Below are positions 1 to 8,390 of a DNA stretch of 8,507 bases, in pieces. The notes beneath the pieces are model-generated. The model searched no databases, had not been told where the DNA came from, and worked only from the letters and a program-made list of their open reading frames with translations. The stretch's first letter is position 1; every line of letters starts with the position of its first letter. Origin of the DNA: Selaginella moellendorffii (Eukaryota > Plantae > Lycopodiophyta); NCBI RefSeq assembly GCF_000143415.4, contig NW_003314277.1, forward strand, positions 990,081 through 998,587, written 5' to 3'. The position numbers and the translations under genes were made by a program.

Positions 1-891
1 AGACAGGAGTAACGTTTAGAGGAAGTAGGTAGCAACAATGGCTCAACCAGCTCAAGTCCAACAATGAAGAAGATACTACCATGGTGCAAAAAGAGACAGT
101 GCTTTATGAAGATCTCATACTTCCACTTTTCAAACATGACTCCACTAGTGATTGTTTAAAGTTCTAGTTGTGGAGAGGAGACATGGATTGCAACATGGTT
201 AAAGTCGAGGTTCTAGAGTTGACAAAGAATGAGAAGCTAGTGCAGTATCTAGGGCACTTCCAAGCAGCGAAGGTTGCAGAAAAAATGTGAAAACTCGAGA
301 AGATCCAGCCACTTAAATAGGACAAAAGGCCAAGCTCGACAAATCTCCAAAGCTTCAAAATTTAAATCTTAGGACTTTGGATGATCCTTAGTTGGTGAGA
401 TTGGAGCACAACTAGAGATGCAACATAAGAGAGAATTCATGGCACTTTTGCAATGATACATGGACGTCTTTGCCTGGAAATATGAGGACATGAAGTAGGT
501 TGGTTGTTCATCATGTTCCATTAGTACTTGGTGCTATTCCTATTTAACAATGGCTATATAGGACAAATCCCCAGTTTTCTAAAATGGTGCGAGAGAAGAT
601 TGATAAGTTGCAGAGCATCAGATTTATCTTTGAGGTGGAGGTGAGCGAGTGGTTATCTCCTATTGTGGTGGTTAAAAAGAAGAGTGGAGCTCTACGTGTA
701 TGTGTGGATTATTAGAGATTGAACAATGCTATGGTAAAATATGGTTTTCCATTGCCATTTACTGACACTATGCCAGATATTGTGGCCGACCATGAGCTTT
801 ATTCTTTTCTCAATGGTTTTAGTGGTTATAAATCCAGATTGTGGCTAAAGATTGATTGAAAATAGTTTTTGTAACTAGCACCTATCAATAT
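1..891 (+). mobile_element. pol: Decayed Ty3/gypsy LTR-retrotransposon pol fragment (acidic protease-RT linker and N-terminal part of reverse transcriptase), probably non-chromovirus (Athila/Tat-like)
   Basis: Manual translation across stops and frameshifts: NLRTLDDP*LVR/IGAQLE..EFMALLQ*YMDVFAWKYEDMK (~365-495), then HHVPLVLGAIPI*QWLYRTNP..VREKIDKL..EWLSPIVVVKKKSGALRVCVDY*RLN..FPLPFTDTMPDIVADHELYSFLNGFSGY/IQIVAKD*LKIVFVT..TYQY (~508-891). These match gypsy RT motifs WxSPxVxVxKK, RxCVDYRxLN, FPLP and DGFSGY. The DVFAW and GFSGY forms are typical of the Athila/Tat side. 1-360 is assigned by continuity of a mostly open acidic frame and is less certain. Confidence 0.93.
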
Positions 892-1183
892 TTCTATTAT
901 TGGAGATATCATATTATTTTTCCAAATTATTTAGAAAGGATGCATTCCAATATTCTGTATATATTTTAGAATCATTACAAGAACTTTAAAGAGTATAAAT
1001 AAGGCACATTCAAATATCAGCATATTAATCTATAAATGGATGAAACTTCATCCAAAAATTTATTTTGTGTTGTATTAGATCCTAAATAATAGGTATGTGC
1101 TTTAAATGTCATTGAGCAGTATTCACAAAACTTGAGTCATACTTAGAATTGAATCTGTCATTGATGAATTATCATTACTTAAT

Positions 1184-1230
1184 ACTTAAGATTTGACAAG
1201 ATTTATCATCATCTAGCACTTAAGATTTGA
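1184..1230. repeat. Short direct repeat ACTTAAGATTTGA x2 (1184-1196, 1218-1230)
   Basis: Two perfect 13-bp copies 34 bp apart. Degenerate relatives at 1141-1152 (ACTTAGAATTGA) and 1272-1281 (CTTAGATTGA). Confidence 0.7.
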
Positions 1231-2569
1231 TAACTTGACATATCACATGTACTGACAATCAGATTGGATCTCTTAGATTGACACGCTATAGTAGAATATC
1301 ATTATTGATATTATTATTGACTATCAAAATTCATGTGCTGAAAATCCTTTCTTGGATCTATGTGCATATATGCATTAAACATCATAATAGATGATAGTAA
1401 TATTAATATTGTCACACTTGTACATGTTAAATTTGCTATAGAATTTAAATTCATTTTGTACATTGTAAACTTATTAAGAAGGATGAAAAGGTTTCTTGTA
1501 CATTTTCAAGATCACCCACCTTTTTCATTCCCTTAGAGTATTGTTTCCAAAAGTTTTTTATATCAGTGTTGGCTCTATTTCTTTACAAGCTGTGATTCAC
1601 AATGATACCAGTGTAGTTGCATGCTCGGAGTTTCTTCTTTCTGGTGTGAGCAAAAGCCAACAGCAATAGGATTTGCAGAATTCCAAGTCAAAGGAGATTC
1701 GAGTTTTTGGATCTCTAATTAAAGTGCTAAGATGCACTCTAGTCAAAGTGAATATGAAGCAAGAGTTAGTCGTCATCCTCTCCTCCTCTTTTAGTTTAAG
1801 TGGAGAAGTCATGTTAATGCTAGCGTTGAATTCACCAACTCCATCTTCAGCAATATTCAAAGTCATTAGCAATATTTTTTAGTTTTCATGTTTCTTAGTT
1901 GATGTGCACTTATTTTTATATAAGCCCATAAGTAAGCTTCCATCCTCTTACAACAACAACATTTTCTTTGAGCTACCACCTCTTGTCAGCATTATAAATT
2001 CCAAATATAAGGGATGGAAATTAAGTAGGATGTCCATAATTAGTGCAAGATCAAGACCACACGCTTTTAACATTTCAAAGGCATAATGTCTATAGTTCAT
2101 TGTGGTGAGCATTTAGATTGCATGAATAAAGTATACAATCGAGATCATTGTAGAAATTCTATATTTTTTAAAAGGTCTGCAATCAATCCTTTTACATGTG
2201 ACACTATTGTTGTTGGATTTAAGTGTTGATTCTACAAAATGCTCCTCTATATCATGCCATCTGCAAGGCAAGGATGTAATATTTTCTTTCATAAGATGGA
2301 ATGGCTGGAAAAAATGTAATACATGTTGGCATAGACATACATTCAATGTAGGAAGAGATACAAAGGAGTTCACTCAACAATTTCAAAGATGTTGTGTAGG
2401 AAGAGACTATGAGAAACTCATCTACAACTCCGAAACATGTTTAGAAGACCGTTCTCAAGGATTTTATCACATACATCTTACTCAATCCAGACTACCAAAA
2501 AACTTAACTAAATGAGGTTATCTTGCAAAATTTACTACAAGAAGTATAACCTACTACTAGTTTAAGGAA

Positions 2570-2629
2570 GTATGTTTATTGTATTTCATAAGTTACAATA
2601 ATATTTTTTTTTTACATTATATTGTTTAG
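2570..2629 (+). other. Spliceosomal intron 1 of the transposase pseudogene (60 nt, phase 2)
   Basis: GTATGT donor at 2570, very T/A-rich body, TTTAG acceptor ending at 2629. Splicing joins ..TSLR-K-IKFW.. in frame. Confidence 0.75.
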
Positions 2630-2938
2630 GATAAAATTTTGGATGTGTGAATCTCAAGAGGGGAAGTTGCAATAAAAATTTGACATCATCCTTGAATTGA
2701 AACAAACTTATCCATACAAGTTCATCCATAAAAGTTTATTTCTAGACCAAGTTGTGAATAAGCAACATTGCCCCTTTGTCTTCAAGATGTTTACAATGGG
2801 CCTTGTCTCTTGTGTGGATCTTGTTTCCCAAATGGACATGTCTATTTTTAGTGACCTTGCAAATGCATAGGTACATTTTAATTAAATGAAATGTATATCA
2901 GATTGGAAAACCATGGGAGCTTATGTGTATGATCTAAG

Positions 2939-2991
2939 GTAATTTTTATTCTCATTATATTAAAATAATTGTAATATTTGTGTTTTCATAA
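2939..2991 (+). other. Probable intron 2 of the transposase pseudogene (~53 nt, acceptor degenerate)
   Basis: AG|GTAATT donor directly after VYDL, AT-rich body ending TGTTTTCATAA. An acceptor mutated from AG to AA gives the continuation R-LHYNLTTATTKFKV. An intact AG at 2991-2992 is the alternative. Confidence 0.6.
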
Positions 2992-3419
2992 GCTACATTA
3001 TAACTTGACAACTGCAACAACAAAGTTTAAAGTAAGAAAATATTTTGGAAGTCCCTCTCTGATATTGTACTAAAGCGGACTGGTAAGCTTGCAAACTTTC
3101 ATAGTTTTATAGTATATGAGGCTGGTGTAAATTAGAATGGTGCCCGAGTAGTTTTTGGTTGGAAGGTTGTGAAAGGACTTGTGAGTTCTATAGCCTCAGA
3201 GCTTAAACCAACATTACCACTTTATCAAACTAGAGTTTCAATCAATGTTTAAGGAGTTGTGCAAATAATGGCAAGATGCACTTTCTGAAGAAGAGCATGA
3301 GGCAAAAGCAAATGAGATCCAAATGTGGTGGTGTGAAGATGGCCATATAGATGTGAGTTGAGTTGTGGTTAGGGTGGTGGAAAGTTAGGATGTTCTAGTG
3401 GGGACATCACTTTCTTTAA

Positions 3420-3478
3420 GTTGGTTTCTATTTTTTATTTTTATTTTATTGCCTCTTAATATTTCCTTTTCCATTACG
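3420..3478 (+). other. Probable intron 3 of the transposase pseudogene (3' end uncertain)
   Basis: GTTGGT after WGHHFL*, then a T-rich tract (TTTTTTATTTTTATTTTATT). Protein-like reading resumes at ~3479 in a frame that runs on, with internal stops, to 4006. No intact AG acceptor is visible. Confidence 0.5.
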
Positions 3479-4063
3479 ATCAACCACTTTGCATACACCT
3501 TAACTGTGAATCTCTCTAAAAATAAGCACTAGAGCTAGCATTCCTCTAAGGCAAGGAAAGGGAAGATAAATCTATACAAAACTTGTTTATCATATTTGAT
3601 ATGTGTTATAGAGCAATCTTCAAAAGCATTAGCATTTCAGGAAGGAAGATATGTGGAACCATGACCTTTTGCTAAGATGTTAAATGATAGAATGAAAAGA
3701 AAATTAACTCCACTCACCCAAACAATGGCAACTGTTGTTAATGAAGTGGTTTGAGGCACATCTATGGAGTACATTCTCTAGGTTTTTATTGGTGATATGA
3801 AGATTGTTCACTCAAAGTGTTGCTTTTCCTTTGTTAGTGAAAATGTTGGCACGGATTTTGGAGTGAAAAGCTCTCATAAGCCTAATGTTGAGTACCATTC
3901 TGCTCTAAGACACTATTGTTGGACTGAGCCACCTCAAATGGCTAATGAAGAAAGTGCATCACAACAAATTAAAATTGCTTATCATAATATGGAGTTGAGG
4001 TTGTAATGCACATGGTTTTTACCCTTTATCCTATGGTGATTTACCATACGATAACCACAAAGC

Positions 4064-4164
4064 AAAACCTAAACCCTCCATGGGCCATGTATCACATGCT
4101 ATATGCCACATGCCACGTGTCCAAAGGATAATGGCGTGGAACCCGAGTTTCAAGGCCTTGGGCC
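4064..4164 (+). promoter_or_regulatory. Cluster of plant cis-element-like motifs in the putative LTR U3
   Basis: GCCACGTGTC (G-box/ABRE-like, 4112-4121), two TGGGCC site-II-like motifs (4081-4086, 4159-4164) and AAACCCT (4071-4077). Motif presence only; function not shown. Confidence 0.3.
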
Positions 4165-4871
4165 ACTGAATGAAGGAATGGTGCCATAGTGTACTTACAA
4201 GTAATAACATTGAAGTAGCTTTAACTTGGTTCTCAATGGTGATTTATAATATGTTAAGCATATGTTAGTACCTTATTTCCTTAAGGTTGCTTATAAGGTG
4301 TTGGAAAGGGTTATAAGATTCACTCGCTATGGTTTGTCAGTTGATCCATTGCACTTGGAGTAGATTATTGGATAGTGAAAGTGTGTAGTTGAGGCATTAA
4401 CATCACTAGCACTTGTGTTAGTGGAAGTGGCATTATTATTTCGAGTGATGAAGAATTCTCCTTAGACCTTGATTTTTCATATCATTTGTTTTGTTAATGT
4501 TTTGGTTTCACATTGGATCTTGAAAGTGATTAAAGAAGAGTGTTTGTGCAATATGGATATCTGAAGATGTGGTCTTCGTGATTAAGCCTTGGATGTTCAT
4601 TTTGCATTTGATGGATGTCGATGTTAGATTCAAAGATATGGGCGAGATGTTCGATGCTTAACCATACTATGGGTCATGAGAATTGGTGTTGAGGTGAACC
4701 TATGTGAAGTTGTAAGTAGGAGGAAGTTGGTTGAGTCTTGAAAGTTTGCATTCCTAGATTGAGAATCATTCTTTTTATAGAATGAAAAATTTTCCACAAA
4801 TTTTTTTAGACTTTTCCAATGGCTGATCTATTGATCACTTTGCTCAAAAACCATTCCGTTTTCGTAAGCCA

Positions 4872-5271
4872 GTACAAACTAGTGAGGGGTTGGAGTTGAA
4901 TTCGGTTAACTTCAACCTTGATAGGTAGTTTGTATGATGCGGCCCGAAAGGGATGCTAACTTTTGGGGCTAAGGCAATTGAGTTGGCTAGAGTCTAGAGT
5001 TGGTGTAGAAAAGTGGCCGTTGCGCTTTTCTAAGAAGGGTGACCCTTGTGCCTTTCTTTTGTAGTATTATGTTCGGTGGTAGGTTGCACTTTGCATTTCA
5101 CTAAGACTCGATGAGAGTAGTGAGCTCTCACTAATCTTGACTTAGTCTTGGTAGCACTGCACCTTGGCTGGGGATGGTGATGTCCAACTTAGTTGTTTGA
5201 GGTTGAGATGTTGGTACCCATACTATAGCTTTGTCTATGAGGAGGTTGTGTACCGATATGAGTCCATCTCA
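4872..5271 (+). other. Cluster of RNA-like stem-loops (structured domain A)
   Basis: TACAAACTA(4873-4881)/TAGTTTGTA(4926-4934) encloses GGTTGGAGTTGA(4888-4899)/TTAACTTCAACC(4906-4917) with an A-TTCG-G loop; CCC-GAAA-GGG (4943-4952); TAGAAAAGTG/CGCTTTTCTA (5006-5032); AAGGG/CCCTT (5035-5047); ACTAAGACT/AGTCTTGGT (5100-5152) enclosing TAGTGA/TCACTA; TGAGATG/CATCTCA enclosing TTGGTAC/GTACCGA (5204-5271). Confidence 0.65.
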
Positions 5272-5644
5272 TGGTCTTCACTTTAGTTTTGACTGAGTGT
5301 TGATCATGCATAGCTAGCCTCTTCAAAGCATGCTTAGAGCTATTGACTAGGTGTGTTGGTGAGCTTATCGCAGTTGAGTTGGATTTGAGTGATCATTTAG
5401 TTTGTGCTTGTCTATGAACTTTTATCTCATACCTAGGGTATCACGTTCATATTGGACAAGTATATAACTTGATGACAAGAGTTGGTATTTGGGTCTTGTG
5501 AAAGCAAGTTGAGGAGTGATTATTAGTTGCTTTGCAACTAGTGATTACTTGTAGACTTTGTCTAAAGACTGTTGATACTTGCTTCGCTCGATGATAATTT
5601 AGCAGTGATGGGCTTGCTTTACCGGATGGTGTTGTGGAGGATCG

Positions 5645-5744
5645 NNNNNNNNNNNNNNNNNNNNNNNNNNNNNNNNNNNNNNNNNNNNNNNNNNNNNNNN
5701 NNNNNNNNNNNNNNNNNNNNNNNNNNNNNNNNNNNNNNNNNNNN
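5645..5744. other. Assembly gap (100 N)
   Basis: Exactly 100 N, a common placeholder for a gap of unknown size. Contiguity of the two sides is not guaranteed. Confidence 0.99.
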
Positions 5745-6025
5745 TGAGTTTTTCATGTTGGCATGTCGATTCCTCTATCGTTATCATTTGGTTGCGTTTA
5801 GTTCTTAGTTTTAAATTTCATTGAGTCTTGGATGTGGTGAATCACTCCTTGATGATGTGTTATCTGAAACTAAGTATTGTTGAAGGATTAATCTCGGATA
5901 CTGAGTAAAGTATCTTTGACATTGGTTAGCGTGATTGCTAGAGAGTTTTGAGTGGTGATTCACTCTTGCTTTCTTCTAGCTTTGTTATGGTGTTAATGGC
6001 ATTGAAGTGATACCTTATCATTGAC

Positions 6026-6675
6026 ATTGTTAGTGTTGAGATTTGAGTGAAATGAGATGTCTCTCCTTAAGATTGATATTGAATTTCATTAGTCTTGATG
6101 AAGATAGTGTTGATGATTTGGTTATAGCTTTGTGTTATTGGCATTCGTGTATTTGCTAGTTAGCAATTATGTTGGCATTCAAACAAACTAAGTGGCAAGT
6201 TTGAGTTAGTTATATTCTAGACGAAATTGTTTAGTAGGGGTTGAGCTTTGAGTTTTTCCTTGAAAAGTGATTTAGTTATGGACAATGCTAACTCTACAAG
6301 AAGAAGAGTTGATGATTGATATTGGAATGTTTGATGTTGAGATGTTGATTATTGATGTTCAAGTGAAATAATTGTTGATGTTGAGATGCAAGTGAAATAA
6401 GATTTTTCTCCTTAGGATTGATATTAAGTTTCATTAGTTTCGATAAAGATAGTGTTGATGATTTAGCTATGGCTTTGTGTTATTGGCATTTGTGCATTGC
6501 TAGTTAACAACTGTGTTAACATTTAAATGAACTAAGTGGCAAATTGAGTTAATTGTGTTCTAGATGAGATTATTTAGTAGGGTTGAGCTTTGGTTTTTCC
6601 TTGAAAAGTGATTTAATCATAAACTATGCTAGCTTTACTAGATGAAGAGTTAGTAATCAATATTGAATTGTTTAA
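6026..6675. repeat. Diverged tandem duplication, period ~345 bp (copy 1 ~6026-6370, copy 2 ~6371-6675)
   Basis: Shared blocks such as AAGATAGTGTTGATGATTT, GCTTTGTGTTATTGGCATT, AACTAAGTGGCAA and TTTTTCCTTGAAAAGTGATTTA recur ~340-345 bp apart. Identity is roughly 80% by eye and the differences are mostly transitions. Confidence 0.92.
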
Positions 6676-7901
6676 ATCCTTGTTGGATTTGAGTTAGAAT
6701 ATATTAATCATTGATGATTCTTCTTATGCTTATTATAAAGTGAGTTATGTTTTGCTATAGATGAATTCATGGAGGATCGATTTGGTGATCACTTGTTGAG
6801 TGTAGTTCTATTGTGCTTAGCTTTTGGATTGATGCAGATGTGCTCTTCATTAGCTTTACATTATGAAGTTTAGCTTATGGATGTGTTGAGGAGGAAGTTG
6901 TGAGTTATCCCATGATTTCTTCTTTAGCATTGAAGTTAGTTTTTGCAAGACTTATGATCATTGTTAAGAAATACTTGGCTATATGCTTCTTCAAGCTTTT
7001 AGCTCTTTAAGTTTTATATTCATTGTTCCATTTGTTAAAAGATGTTGGGGAAGGGCATTTTGGCTCTTAGCTTCAATATTGAAGTTAATATTTACATCTA
7101 GCAATCGTTGGTGATGATTGATTATCATCTAGGATAGTTAATTATACTTGTTAAAGGTTTTGCTTGATTATTGTTGATCTAGAATGATTTGTCGTTCTTC
7201 GGGGTAGTAGATTCTTTTTTCAACGATGATTATGCATCTCTTCATTGATGGGATGATTGATAATCTTTCATGATGGTTAGTTGTTCTCTTTGATAGTTTA
7301 TAGTTTTTTCGCAATACCACATATTCTTTGTGGTTTGCTCTGAATTGGTTTCTTGGGTTTGAGACATCAATAAAATATTGCTAATGCTTGAGTAACTTTA
7401 ATTCCTTAGTATTGTTGACCAAGATCTATTTAGATTGGCTAGTGCAATAGCTAGCATGAATGAGTGTTTGTTAATCTTATTACATTTATTCTATTTTGTT
7501 AATTATTGTTCAAGTTAGTTTTGATAGATTGGGATGTTATTTCCTTCGGGTAATACATTCGCAAACATTTTGCTTGCTAGTTGATGATACTTTGTGTTCT
7601 TTGAGTTATATTTCGTAAGTTGTTTGGCATTTTATCTACAATCTTTGATAATTATGTTTTGTCATTGAGTGTTCTTGATGATAAACTAGCTATTGACTTT
7701 TGTTAGATGGTAAATCCTATGTTTCCAAAAATGATGATCTTGGTGGTTCCTATACTCTAATACTGGTTTATTGGATGATAACTTCTTTAGAATACTTTTG
7801 TGTTCTAATCTAAGATTTATTCACTAATAATTAAGACTCTAAGATATCATTGTCTATGACTTTGATATTGTCCATCTATTGCTCTTTGAGTTTGGGCCAG
7901 T

Positions 7902-8370
7902 ATAGGCAAATTGGTTTCGACACTTCATGTGCATGGTGAAATCTTTAATTGTGGGGTAGCTACTATCGATTGGTCACATAACCCACCTCTCTGTCGATAT
8001 TCCTTATTCCATTAAAAGGGTGTGACCGTAATTGCCTGTTTATAGTAGTCTATCTAAACCTTACTAACGGGTTTAGTTTCTTTGCTCATGAGGGTTGGGG
8101 CCTCTGGCTTGTCTCTCTATATCCCTATGAGTAAAGGCGTATCACACTTTTGTAAGCTAAGTGACACCCAGAGTAGCAAAGGTGGCTAACTCTATTGGTC
8201 ATTTCCTTGTCAACGACGGCCGGAAGGTGTTGAGTTGGTAGCGCATCCGCATTAGACAAAAAGGTTACCCTAACTCATTTAAATTGGTGCATTTTTCATA
8301 TAGTATGATCACTGTGAACTTTTTCTGGAGTTGTTTCCTTGGCGGTGGTCTAGACTAGAGTATGCATCGA
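7902..8370 (+). other. Cluster of nested RNA-like stems immediately upstream of the PPT (structured domain B)
   Basis: ATAGGCAA(7902-7909)/TTGCCTGT(8032-8039) encloses GGTCACAT(7972-7979)/GTGTGACC(8020-8027); CTAAACCT/GGGTTTAG (8054-8076); CTTTGCTCATGAGGG/CCCTATGAGTAAAG (8080-8136); GTATCAC/GTGACAC (8139-8167); AGAGTAGC/GCTAACTCT (8170-8193); GCC-GGAA-GGT (8219-8228); TGAGTTGG/CTAACTCA (8231-8277); TTGGTGCAT/ATGCATCGA (8284-8370) enclosing GATCACTG/CGGTGGTC. Confidence 0.68.
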
Positions 8371-8390
8371 CGAGGATGGCGATTTTCTCT

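Larger units (their letters stand above)
1562..4001 (+). pseudogene. Decayed, intron-containing DDE DNA transposase (Mutator/MULE-IS256-like, CxxH type) with N-terminal Cys/His zinc-binding domain
   Basis: Colinear motifs read across stops, frameshifts and introns: LPSSYNNNIFFELPP (1937-1981); CGEHLDCMN (2101-2127); KC*FYK (2221-2238); ICKARM*Y (2259-2282); VIHVGIDIH (2316-2342); FVFKM (2775-2789); LANA*VHFN*MKCISDWKTMGAYVYD (2856-2933); IFWKSL (3040-3057); NFHSFIVYEAGVN*NGARVVFG (3094-3159); ERTCEFY (3171-3191); FKELCK*WQDA..IQMWW; WLGWWKVRMF*WG (3366-3404); TVNLSKNKH (3503-3529); SHKP (3872-3883). The order fits D1 - D2 - CxxH - helical insertion - NxxE. Track ORFs 1673-1882, 1904-2086 and 3797-4006 are fragments of it. 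The 5' boundary is uncertain (1480-1900). Confidence 0.82.
4002..5644 (+). mobile_element. Probable LTR retroelement 5' portion inserted into the transposase pseudogene (non-coding as far as visible)
   Basis: The transposase frame ends at TGTAATGCAC (4002), a TGTAA-type LTR start. A promoter-like segment follows, then a switch to G/T-skewed sequence. No LTR end or canonical PBS was found before the gap. Confidence 0.55.

Noticed and set aside
164-358. 64-aa minus-strand ORF
   Set aside because: Antisense to the gypsy pol linker, with no motif support.
1475-2373. Long minus-strand frame joining track ORFs 2113-2373 and 1597-1872 with only a few stops
   Set aside because: No recognisable motifs. 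It largely mirrors + strand reading frames, and the conserved transposase motifs and splice signals are on the + strand, so it is treated as an antisense shadow.
2198-2515. 105-aa + strand ORF with Cys-rich segments (KKCNTCWHRH)
   Set aside because: Wrong frame. The motif-bearing reading (ICKARM*Y..VIHVG..) is in an overlapping frame that splices correctly at 2570.
4934-4960. Hammerhead-ribozyme-like string ATGATGC-GGCCCGAAAGGGAT-GCTAAC (retrozyme idea)
   Set aside because: It resembles CUGAUGA-stemII-GAAAC, but essential core positions differ (C3, A9 and the GAAA) and no stems I/III with an NUH site could be built. Worth rechecking only in a family consensus.
5572-5808. Track ORFs 5572-5808 (+) and 5599-5787 (-)
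   Set aside because: Artefacts of reading through the 100-N gap.
8016-8030. GGGTGTGACC as an LTR 3' end (GGGTGTGACA-like)
   Set aside because: It ends in CC rather than CA, is not followed by a TGG primer-binding site, and is explained as one arm of a helix with 7972-7979.
7902-8370. Group I or II intron, tRNA or 5S rRNA (Cassandra-type) identity for the structured domain
   Set aside because: By eye I found no group II domain V, no matched group I P7 (R/S) pair, no cloverleaf and no 5S box A/C motifs.
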